A DNA stretch of 64,000 bases, from assembly GCA_032718475.1 (NCBI GenBank), contig JAUCBJ010007943.1, positions 61,046 through 125,045 of the forward strand. Reading direction: 5' to 3'. The stretch comes from Nemertoderma westbladi (lineage: Eukaryota; Animalia; Xenacoelomorpha). Position 1 is the stretch's first letter. Every line of letters begins with the position of its first letter. The notes beneath the pieces were generated by a model. It was not told the origin of the DNA and made no database searches. It saw only the letters and a program-made list of their open reading frames with translations. Below, piece after piece: positions 57,001 through 64,000 of this stretch. A program made the position numbers and the translations under genes.

Positions 57001-60000
57001 GTCAGTGTAGGTCAGTGCGGTAGTTATAGTAGCTGGCTATCAGTCAGTGCGGTAGTTATAGTAGCTGGCTTTCAGTCAGTGTAGGTCAGTGCGGTAGTTA
57101 TAGTAGCTGGCTATCAGTCAGTGTAGGTCAGTGCGGTAGTTATAGTAGCTGGCTATCAGTCAGTACGGTAGTTATAGTAGCTGGCTATCAGTCAGTGTAG
57201 GTCAATGCGGTAGTTATAGTAGCTGGCTATCATATCAGTCAGTGTAGGTCAGTGCGGTAGTTATAGTAGCTGGCTATCAGTCAGTGTAGGTCAGTGCGGT
57301 AGTTATAGTAGCTGGCTATCAGTCAGTGTAGGTCAGTGCGGTAGTTATAGTAGCTGGCTATCAGTCAGTGTAGGTCAGTGCGGTAGTTATAGTAGCTGGC
57401 TATCAGTCCGTGTAGGTCAGTGCGGTAGTTATAGTAGCTGGCTATCAGTCAGTGTAGTAGGTCAGCGCGCTAGTTATAGTAGCTGGCTTTCAGTCAGTGT
57501 AGGTCAGTGCGGTAGTTATAGTAGCTGGCTATCAGTCAGTGTAGGTCAGTGCGGTAGTTATAGTAGCTGGCTATCAGTCAGTGTAGGTCAGTGCGGTAGT
57601 TATAGTAGCTGGCTATCAGTCCGTGTAGGTCAGTGCGGTAGTTATAGTAGCTGGCTATCAGTCAGTGCGCTAGTTATAGTAGCTGGCTTTCAGTCAGTGT
57701 AGGTCAGTGCGGTAGTTATAGTATGCTGGCTATCAGTCAGTACGGTAGTTATAGTAGCTGGCTATCAGTCAGTGTAGGTCAGCGCGGTAGTTATAGTAGC
57801 TGGCTATCAGTCAGTGTAGGTCAGTGCGGTAGTTATAGTAGCTGGCTATCAGTCAGTGTAGGTCAGTACGGTAGTTATAGTAGCTGGCTATCAGTCAGTG
57901 CAGTAGTTATAGTAGCTGGCTATCAGTCAGTGTAGGTCAGTGCGGTAGTTATAGTAGCTGGCTATCAGTCAGTGTAGGTCAGCGCGGTAGTTATAGTAGC
58001 TGGCTATCAGTCAGTGTAGGTCAGTGCGGTAGTTATAGTAGCTGGCTATCAGTCAGTGTAGGTCAGTGCGGTAGTTATAGTAGCTGGCTATCAGTCAGTG
58101 TAGGTCAGTGCGGTAGTTATAGTAGCTGGCTATCAGTCAGTGTAGGTCAGTGCGGTAGTTATAGTAGCTGGCTATCAGTCAGTACGGTAGTTATAGTAGC
58201 TGGCTATCAGTCAGTACGGTAGTTATAGTAGCTGGCTATCAGTCAGTGTAGGTCAGTGCGGTAGTTATAGTAGCTGGCTATCAGTCAGTGCGGTAGTTAT
58301 AGTAGCTGGCTATCAGTCAGTACGGTAGTTATAGTAGCTGGCTATCAGTCAGTGTAGGTCAGTGCGGTAGTTATAGTAGCTGGCTATCAGTCAGTGTAGG
58401 TCAGTGCGGTAGTTATAGTAGCTGGCTATCAGTCAGTGTAGGTCAGTGCGGTAGTTATAGTAGCTGGCTATCAGTCAGTACGGTAGTTATAGTAGCTGGC
58501 TATCAGTCAGTGCGGTAGTTATAGTAGCTGGCTATCAGTCAGTGTAGGTCAGTGCGGTAGTTATAGTAGCTGGCTATCAGTCAGTGTAGGTCAGTGCGGT
58601 AGTTATAGTAGCTGGCTATCAGTCAGTGCGGTAGTTATAGTAGCTGGCTATCAGTCAGTACGGTAGTTATAGTAGCTGGCTATCAGTCAGTGTAGGTCAG
58701 TGCGGTAGTTATAGTAGCTGGCTATCAGTCAGTGTAGGTCAGTGCGGTAGTTATAGTAGCTGGCTATCAGTCAGTGTAGGTCAGTGCGGTAGTTATAGTA
58801 GCTGGCTATCAGTCAGTGTAGGTCAGTGCGGTAGTTATAGTAGCTGGCTATCAGTCAGTGTAGGTCAGTGCGGTAGTTATAGTAGCTGGCTATCAGTCAG
58901 TGTAGGTCAGTGCGGTAGTTATAGTAGCTGGCTATCAGTCAGTGTAGGTCAGTGCGGTAGTTATAGTAGCTGGCTATCAGTCAGTACGGTAGTTATAGTA
59001 GCTGGCTATCAGTCAGTGCGGTAGTTATAGTAGCTGGCTATCAGTCAGTGTAGGTCAGTGCGGTAGTTATAGTAGCTGGCTATCAGTCAGTGTAGGTCAG
59101 TGCGGTAGTTATAGTAGCTGGCTATCAGTCAGTGTAGGTCAGTGCGGTAGTTATAGTAGCTGGCTATCAGTCAGTACGGTAGTTATAGTAGCTGGCTATC
59201 AGTCAGTGTAGGTCAGTGCGGTAGTTATAGTAGCTGGCTATCAGTCAGTGTAGGTCAGTGCGGTAGTTATAGTAGCTGGCTATCAGTCAGTGCGGTAGTT
59301 ATAGTAGCTGGCTATCAGTCAGTGCGGTAGTTATAGTAGCTGGCTGGCTATCAGTCAGTGCGGTAGTTATAGTAGCTGGCTATCAGTCAGTGTAGGTCAG
59401 TGCGGTAGTTATAGTAGCTGGCTATCAGTCAGTACGGTAGTTATAGTAGCTGGCTGGCTATCAGTCAGTGCGGTAGTTATAGTAGCTGGCTATCAGTCAG
59501 TGTAGGTCAGTGCGGTAGTTATAGTAGCTGGCTATCAGTCAGTACGGTAGTTATAGTAGCTGGCTATCAGTCAGTACGGTAGTTATAGTAGCTGGCTATC
59601 AGTCAGTGTAGGTCAGTGCGGTAGTTATAGTAGGTGGCTATCAGTCAGTGTAGGTCAGTGCGGTAGTTATATTAGCTGGCTATCAGCCAGTGTAGGTCAG
59701 TGCGGTAGTTATAATACTACTACTACTAGGATCGGCATGCTGCATTGCAGCTGCATTTTTAAGAATGCTGTGCCGGCTTGTCAACAAAATTGCACCGCCA
59801 CAACTCCCTATCACCCATGACATTTGCTAGATCATCCGCATCTTTAAGGCCAGTGTCCTTTAAGATGCGTCTCAAGAAAGTCATGGGCTGTCCACCATGC
59901 TTATTCACTCCATGAGGCTGCCAAAGTACAAGATTATGCACTGGCTGGTCCTCACGGCGAAAGCAATGTCCTGCAAAGCGGAGGCGATTTTGTTCTAGTG

Positions 60001-63000
60001 TCAAGCTTGGGGGAACCAATGAGACACCTCCAATGTTATATAGTGTCTGGTTGGAGATGTGTGCATTGTACTTGACACAATGTACCCGGCGTAGCATTCT
60101 TGTGAATGTGCCATCCAGAGATTTGGTGTCCTCAGCAGTTAGAGCCCAGCATGGACTCCCGTAGAGGAGTACTGGAACTACTGCTGCTCTAAATAATCGG
60201 ACCTTAAGTTTCCGATTAATTCTAGGTGACTTCCAAATCCTGGAAAGCCTATTCAAGGCTGCCCATGCCTTTCCCTTACGTATTCGAAGGTCCTCACCTG
60301 ACTTTCGGATCCATGATCCCAGGTAACAGAAGTCGTCCACATGCTCAAGCATACCATCCTTTGAGCTTATGCTCATCCGATCAGAGACTTGCTGAGGACT
60401 TTCAAAGTTAACTGTCAGAATTCTGGTCTTTCTGGAGTTATTAAAAAGACCAACACTAGAAGCAGCATGTTCTAATGAGCTGAGGAGCCGCTGGGCTCCC
60501 TCTAATGATTCTGAGAGTACTCCTAAGTCATCAGCAAAGTCTAGATCAGTTAGGTACTTGGCAGGATTTCCTCGACTTCTGGAGCCAGTAGGTGGAGTTA
60601 TCATCACCCCATCATCATTATGATGATCTAAGGACATGCGTAGAACATAGTCAACCACAATAATGAACAAGAATGGTGCAAGTGTGTCTCCTTGGAGGAC
60701 GCCCCATAACACTTCAAATGGTTCTGTGTCACCGTCAACAGTAGACACAAATGTTGTCGAACCATCGTATACTGATCTGATTGCTGCAATAATTTCATCA
60801 GGAATTCCATATAATGAAAGTATGCTGAACATACGTGAGCGAGATACTGAATCAAAGGCCTTGAAGAAGTCAACAAAGATAACAGCCAGATGTCTGTCTT
60901 TCTTTTTTGATAACTCTTCAATTATCCTTCTAAGTGCCAAAATGGGCTCCATGGTCCCACGACCTTTACGGAACCCATTCTGATTTCCACGTAGCAGTCT
61001 CTCAATGGGATCCCTGATGCGATGTAATATAATTCTATTGTATAGTTTTGCAGCAATCGAGATCAATGAGATTCCCCGAAAAGAACCATAGAGTGTTAGG
61101 TTGCCCTTCTTGGGAACTGGCACCAACTTATTTGTTTTCATTTCTTGTGGGACTCTTGTTGTACGGTACATGTCTACTATGATGGGATAGATGAGCTTTA
61201 AACACTCAGGTATTTTAAAGACCTCAGGGGGAACACCATCTACTCCACTGGCACGATTGGTCTTAATGCTCTTTGCAGCAGCATTCACTTCTGCAAAGGA
61301 GATATCGCCAATGGGAATATCTGGGTATAGTAGTTATAGTAGCTGGCTATCAGTCAGTGTAGGTCAGTGCGGTAGTTATAGTAGATGGCTATTAGTCAGT
61401 GCGGTAGTTATAGTAGCTGGCTATCAGTCAGTGTAGGTCAGTGTGGTAGTTATAGTAGCTGGCTATCAGTCAGTGTAGGTCAGTGCGGTAGTTATAGTAG
61501 CTGGCTATCAGTCAGTGCGGTAGTTATAGTAGCTGGCTATCAGTCAGTGTAGGTCAGTACGGTAGTTATAGTAGCTGGCTATCAGTCCGTGTAGGTCAGT
61601 GCGGTAGTTATAGTAGCTGGCTATCAGTCAGTACGGTAGTTATAGTAGCTGGCTATCAGTCAGTACGGTAGTTATAGTAGCTGGCTATCAGTCAGTGTAG
61701 GTCAGTACGGTAGTTATAGTAGCTGGCTATCAGTCCGTGTAGGTCAGTGCGGTAGTTATAGTAGCTGGCTATCAGTCAGTACGGTAGTTATAGTAGCTGG
61801 CTATCAGTCAGTACGGTAGTTATAGTAGCTGGCTATCAGTCAGTGTAGGTCAGTGCGGTAGTTATAGTAGCTGGCTATCAGCCAGTGTAGGTCAGTGCGG
61901 TAGTTATAGTAGCTGGCTATCAGTCAGTGCGGTAGTTATAGTAGCTGGCTATCAGTCCGTGTAGGTCAGTGCGGTAGTTATAGTAGCTGGCTATCAGTCA
62001 GTGTAGGTCAGTGTGGTAGTTATAGTAGCTGGCTATCAGTCAGTGTAGGTCAGTGTGGTAGTTATAGTAGCTGGCTATCAGTCCGTGTAGGTCAGTGCGG
62101 TAGTTATAGTAGCTGGCTATCAGTCAGTACGGTAGTTATAGTAGCTGGCTATCAGTCAGTACGGTAGTTATAGTAGCTGGCTATCAGCCAGTGTAGGTCT
62201 GTGCGGTAGTTATAGTAGCTGGCTATCAGTCAGTGCGGTAGTTATAGTAGCTGGCTATCAGTCAGTGTAGGTCAGTGTGGTAGTTATAGTAGCTGGCTAT
62301 CAGTCAGTACGGTAGTTATAGTAGCTGGCTATCAGTCAGTGTAGGTCAGTGCGGTAGTTATAGTAGCTGGCTATCAGTCAGTGCGGCAGTTATAGTAGCT
62401 GGCTATCAGTCAGTGTAGTAGGTCAGTGCGGTAGTTATAGTAGCTGGCTATCAGTCAGTGCGGTAGTTATAGTAGCTGGCTATCAGTCAGTGTAGGTCAG
62501 TGTGGTAGTTATAGTAGCTGGCTATCAGTCAGTGTAGTAGGTCAGTGCGGTAGTTATAGTAGCTGGCTATCAGTCAGTGTAGGTCAGTGTGGTAGTTATA
62601 GTAGCTGGCTATCAGTCAGTGTAGGTCAGTGTGGTAGTTATAGTAGCTGGCTATCAGTCAGTGTAGTAGGTCAGTGCGGTAGTTATAGTAGCTGGCTATC
62701 AGTCAGTGTAGGTCAGTGTGGTAGTTATAGTAGCTGGCTATCAGTCAGTGTAGGTCAGTGCGGTAGTTATAGTAGCTGGCTATCAGTCAGTGCGGTAGTT
62801 ATAGTAGCTGGCTATCAGTCAGTGTAGTAGGTCAGTGCGGTAGTTATAGTAGCTGGCTATCAGTCAGTGCGGTAGTTATAGTAGCTGGCTATCAGTCAGT
62901 GTAGGTCAGTGTGGTAGTTATAGTAGCTGGCTATCAGTCAGTGTAGTAGGTCAGTGCGGTAGTTATAGTAGCTGGCTATCAGTCAGTGTAGGTCAGTGTG

Positions 63001-63914
63001 GTAGTTATAGTAGCTGGCTATCAGTCAGTGTAGGTCAGTGTGGTAGTTATAGTAGCTGGCTATCAGTCAGTGTAGTAGGTCAGTGCGGTAGTTATAGTAG
63101 CTGGCTATCAGTCAGTGTAGGTCAGTGTGGTAGTTATAGTAGCTGGCTATCAGTCAGTGCGGTAGTTATAGTAGCTGGCTATCAGTCAGTGTAGTAGGTC
63201 AGTGCGGTAGTTATAGTAGCTGGCTATCAGTCAGTGTAGTAGGTCAGTGCGGTAGTTATAGTAGCTGGCTATCAGTCAGTACGGTAGTTATAGTAGCTGG
63301 CTATCAGTCAGTGTAGGTCAGTGTGGTAGTTATAGTAGCTGGCTATCAATCAGTGTAGGTCAGTGCGGTAGTTATAGTAGCTGGCTATCAGTCAGTACGG
63401 TAGTTATAGTAGCTGGCTATCAGTCAGTGTAGTAGGTCAGTGCGGTAGTTATAGTAGCTGGCTATCAGTCAGTGCGGTAGTTATAGTAGCTGGCTATCAT
63501 TGTAGGTGTAAAATTATTACCCTAAATGTAAGTTGCCATCGTAAATTCAAAATCAATGCAATTTTGAATTTTCAAACGTTATTTTTAATACTTATTGTTA
63601 ATTTTTTTATTTTTTTAACTTATTTTTAACTTAATTGTATTTGAGTTGTTTTACGTCCCCCAGGAGCCGGTGGCAATGTCTCCAAGGAGCACCCCCCTAC
63701 GATGGCCCCCCAGCCGGTGCCAGCCCCCGCTGCCCCCCAGCCAGTGAGCGCCCCCGCCCCCCAGCAAGGGGGGCAACGGGACTTCAGCGCCGAGTGGGCG
63801 GACTACTTCGAGAAGCTCCGTAAACTCGGTGTAAACCCCGGCTCGATGGCCCCCGGCGGCGCAGCCGGCGCACTGGCGGGGCACAGCGGTCCCGCCCCCG
63901 TCAAATGGCCCTGA
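26974..63914 (+). CDS. FUBP1: Far upstream element-binding protein family (FUBP1/KHSRP/Drosophila PSI-like) KH RNA-binding protein; 13 coding exons, about 823 aa
   Basis: Exons 26974-27036, 28011-28170, 28681-28870, 32357-32502, 34078-34198, 42569-42683, 44386-44525, 45119-45324, 45515-45647, 45920-46071, 46476-47149, 47545-47665, 63664-63914. All junctions are GT-AG and phase-compatible (2472 nt). NLS-like GVKRPAE..PAVKK, four KH domains, Pro-rich linker, five DYxxxWxEYY-type motifs. The symbol denotes the family, not one-to-one orthology. Confidence 0.9.
27213..27626. mobile_element. MITE with 20-bp TIR, superfamily unclear
   Basis: CAGTTAGGAACACTGGTCAC / GTGACCAGTGTTCCTGACTG, flanked by AAATA on both sides. 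Confidence 0.75.
28011..28170 (+). CDS. FUBP1: FUBP-family exon 2 (bipartite NLS-like)
   Basis: ttgtag|VMNSAPP...[21 protein letters not shown]|gtaagt. Confidence 0.8.
28681..28870 (+). CDS. FUBP1: FUBP-family exon 3 (KH1)
   Basis: [18 protein letters not shown]...GCRLQV...[10 protein letters not shown]|gtgagt. Confidence 0.92.
29790..29982. repeat. Low-complexity (TATATATAYCG)n-type minisatellite
   Basis: Direct tandem TA-rich units punctuated by CCG/TCG. Confidence 0.9.
29992..30824. mobile_element. hAT-type MITE
   Basis: TIR TAGGGGTGTGCCGGAT / ATCCGGCACATCCCTA; near-perfect 8-bp TSD GTTTGATT/GTTTAATT. Confidence 0.85.
31599..31881. mobile_element. PIF/Harbinger-like MITE
   Basis: TIR AGGCCCATTTATACTCGG / CCGAGTATAAATGGAGCT with TWA flanks; internal CCGTACG repeats. 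Confidence 0.75.
32357..32502 (+). CDS. FUBP1: FUBP-family exon 4 (KH1 end, KH2 start)
   Basis: [10 protein letters not shown]...[24 protein letters not shown]|gtaagt. Confidence 0.92.
34078..34198 (+). CDS. FUBP1: FUBP-family exon 5 (KH2 end)
   Basis: [40 protein letters not shown]; the [12 protein letters not shown] string is characteristic of FUBP proteins. Confidence 0.92.
34665..34917 (+). mobile_element. Degraded 3' end of the RTE family also seen at 59714-61329
   Basis: [28 protein letters not shown], then atgcagctgcaatgcagcatgccgat and a tagtag tail. Confidence 0.88.
35867..35975 (-). ncRNA. tRNA-like Pol III unit (SINE-like) with an embedded minimal type I hammerhead ribozyme
   Basis: Minus strand: ACCGCCCTGG TAGCTCAGTGG (A box)...ACTCGG CTGATGA TAAC CGGAA GTTT GAAAC CTAG GTA CCGAGT TCGAGCC (B box)...GGGGCGGT, then a T5 terminator. 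Confidence 0.75.
36114..36317. mobile_element. Mutator-like MITE (204 bp) containing retroposon 3' ends
   Basis: 21-bp perfect TIR GGGTGTAAACGCTACGCCGAC; 9-bp TSD CCATTTAAC (36105-13, 36318-26); RTE tail at ~36250-36297. Confidence 0.85.
36707..38290 (+). CDS. ALDH6A1: Methylmalonate-semialdehyde dehydrogenase [acylating], mitochondrial; intronless, nested in FUBP intron 5
   Basis: 527-aa intact ORF from ATG 36707 (alternative ATG 36686). Presequence [21 protein letters not shown]; [42 protein letters not shown] (catalytic Cys), [21 protein letters not shown]. Confidence 0.97.
   Translation: MLSRRLILKQFRPVGNRRFYSTTQPRSSAHPTTKLFINNEFLESKTTKWIDVHNPATNEVVTRVPESTQSEMEAATNAAVEAFKDWSQTTVLTRQQIMFGFQALIKENMKSLAELITLEQGKTLVDAEGDVARGLQVVEHCCSVTSLQLGESMQGISRDMDCHTYRYPLGVVAGITPFNFPAMIPLWMFPMAAVCGNTVVMKPSERDPGACMLLVDLARRAGLPPGVVNVIHGAHAAVDYICDAPAIRAISFVGSDTAGRYIYERGSRNGKRVQSNMGAKNHGVVMPDANKESTLNQLVGAAFGAAGQRCMALSTAIFVGESKDWIPELVERAKKLKVSAGNEPDADLGPVISPAAKERVCGLVQTGVDEGADLLLDGRGVTVPGYPEGNFVGPTVLNKVKPGMKCYKEEIFGPVLVSLEVDTLDEAIDIVNANRYGNGTAIFTRNGATARKYTHSVDVGQVGVNVPIPVPLPMFSFTGSRDSFVGDTNFYGKQGIAFYTQTKTAIQVWKEEDATVTRPATSMPVMK
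38838..40359. mobile_element. Probable non-autonomous DNA element with TTAA termini (Kolobok/Crypton-like)
   Basis: Ends TTAAGCAGCC... / ...GGCAGCATCTTAA; internal inverted ggggttttc/gaaaacccc motifs and GACA repeats; no coding capacity. Confidence 0.4.
40850..42098. repeat. 27-bp G-rich minisatellite (GGAACTGGGGAAGGTGGAATGGTTGTT)n
   Basis: About 45 tandem units with indels; produces spurious PSPVPTTIP / LELGKVEW ORFs. Confidence 0.95.
42569..42683 (+). CDS. FUBP1: FUBP-family exon 6 (KH2-KH3 linker)
   Basis: ttgcag|..[10 protein letters not shown]...[10 protein letters not shown]|gtcagt; phases 2 and 0 match the neighbours. Confidence 0.8.
44386..44525 (+). CDS. FUBP1: FUBP-family exon 7 (KH3)
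   Basis: [32 protein letters not shown]...KVCIV|gtgagt. Confidence 0.92.
44562..45082. repeat. 35-bp minisatellite (GAACTATGCTCACTCCATCTAACATAACCCCACAT)n
   Basis: About 15 tandem copies filling most of intron 7. Confidence 0.95.
45119..45324 (+). CDS. FUBP1: FUBP-family exon 8 (KH3 end, KH4 start)
   Basis: [18 protein letters not shown]...[13 protein letters not shown]|gttcgt. Confidence 0.9.
45515..45647 (+). CDS. FUBP1: FUBP-family exon 9 (KH4)
   Basis: [16 protein letters not shown]...[16 protein letters not shown]|gtatgt. Confidence 0.92.
45920..46071 (+). CDS. FUBP1: FUBP-family exon 10 (Pro-rich)
   Basis: tttag|[18 protein letters not shown]...GAPPP|gtaagt. Confidence 0.88.
46155..46222 (+). 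mobile_element. Degenerate tRNA-derived (SINE head-like) sequence
   Basis: B box GTTCGATCC, anticodon-like loop CTTCCAA and a weak A box; the cloverleaf is not intact. Confidence 0.4.
46476..47149 (+). CDS. FUBP1: FUBP-family exon 11 (Pro-rich region + three tyrosine motifs)
   Basis: [45 protein letters not shown]|gtgagg. Confidence 0.92.
47545..47665 (+). CDS. FUBP1: FUBP-family exon 12 (fourth tyrosine motif)
   Basis: ttatag|[32 protein letters not shown]|gtcagt. Confidence 0.88.
47780..48623 (+). mobile_element. 5'-truncated LINE 3' end with (TGAA)n tail
   Basis: Post-RT region [12 protein letters not shown]...[12 protein letters not shown] resembles the post-RT part of the LINE at the window start; stop at 48356, then a 3' UTR and (TGAA)4. 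Confidence 0.75.
59714..61329 (-). mobile_element. Young 5'-truncated RTE-clade retrotransposon inserted in the satellite
   Basis: Intact RT ORF, very short 3' UTR, (TAG)n tail, probable 9-bp TSD GTAGTTATA (59705-13, 61330-38). Confidence 0.93.
59759..61288 (-). CDS. RTE reverse transcriptase (no endonuclease; 5'-truncated)
   Basis: [52 protein letters not shown]. The listed start is an internal GTG; the frame stays open to the truncation point. Confidence 0.93.
   Translation of the reverse strand: MNAAAKSIKTNRASGVDGVPPEVFKIPECLKLIYPIIVDMYRTTRVPQEMKTNKLVPVPKKGNLTLYGSFRGISLISIAAKLYNRIILHRIRDPIERLLRGNQNGFRKGRGTMEPILALRRIIEELSKKKDRHLAVIFVDFFKAFDSVSRSRMFSILSLYGIPDEIIAAIRSVYDGSTTFVSTVDGDTEPFEVLWGVLQGDTLAPFLFIIVVDYVLRMSLDHHNDDGVMITPPTGSRSRGNPAKYLTDLDFADDLGVLSESLEGAQRLLSSLEHAASSVGLFNNSRKTRILTVNFESPQQVSDRMSISSKDGMLEHVDDFCYLGSWIRKSGEDLRIRKGKAWAALNRLSRIWKSPRINRKLKVRLFRAAVVPVLLYGSPCWALTAEDTKSLDGTFTRMLRRVHCVKYNAHISNQTLYNIGGVSLVPPSLTLEQNRLRFAGHCFRREDQPVHNLVLWQPHGVNKHGGQPMTFLRRILKDTGLKDADDLANVMGDRELWRCNFVDKPAQHS
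63664..63914 (+). CDS. FUBP1: FUBP-family last coding exon (fifth tyrosine motif)
   Basis: ccccag|[17 protein letters not shown]...[15 protein letters not shown]...VKWP*; phase 1 matches the exon 12 donor. Confidence 0.88.
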
Positions 63915-64000
63915 TCCTCACCGCTTACAGTGCAATGTAAGTAACTAAACCTCAATAATAACGTCTAGGTGCGGGTCAAATTTGTTAACATTAGGTAAAA

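Larger units (their letters stand above)
48627..63499. repeat. ~15-kb intronic satellite of 42/32/45-bp units (AGTAGCTGGCTATCA[GTCAGTGTAG]GTCAGTGCGGTAGTTAT), interrupted by an RTE
   Basis: Several hundred near-identical head-to-tail units at 48627-59713 and 61330-63499. Confidence 0.98.

Noticed and set aside
48627-63499. CRISPR-like array of 32-45-bp repeats
   Set aside because: No unique spacers and no cas genes; head-to-tail satellite in a eukaryotic intron.

Overview
Repeat-rich animal (invertebrate-type) genomic window. 1-6.2 kb: frameshifted RTEX-like LINE (minus strand) whose ORF1 carries a Ulp1/SENP-type cysteine protease. 6649-18065: very young non-autonomous BEL/Pao LTR retrotransposon (minus strand; 1185-bp LTRs, TTTCT TSD). 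It keeps Gag-protease but has lost RT and integrase through in-frame deletions. It has an extra zinc-knuckle ORF and structured non-coding RNA, and no tRNA PBS; instead an 11-nt PBS is complementary to its own LTR (Tf1-like self-priming signature). 18-27 kb: MITEs and a 2.5-kb hAT foldback element. 26974-63914: 13-coding-exon FUBP/KHSRP/PSI-family gene (4 KH domains, 5 tyrosine motifs, about 823 aa). Its intron 5 holds an intact, intronless, same-strand ALDH6A1 gene and an antisense tRNA-like Pol III unit with an embedded hammerhead ribozyme. Its last coding intron is a ~15-kb satellite that looks like an amplified copy of that intron's own 5' splice junction, interrupted by a young 5'-truncated RTE. 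All calls come from reading the sequence by eye; no searches were run.
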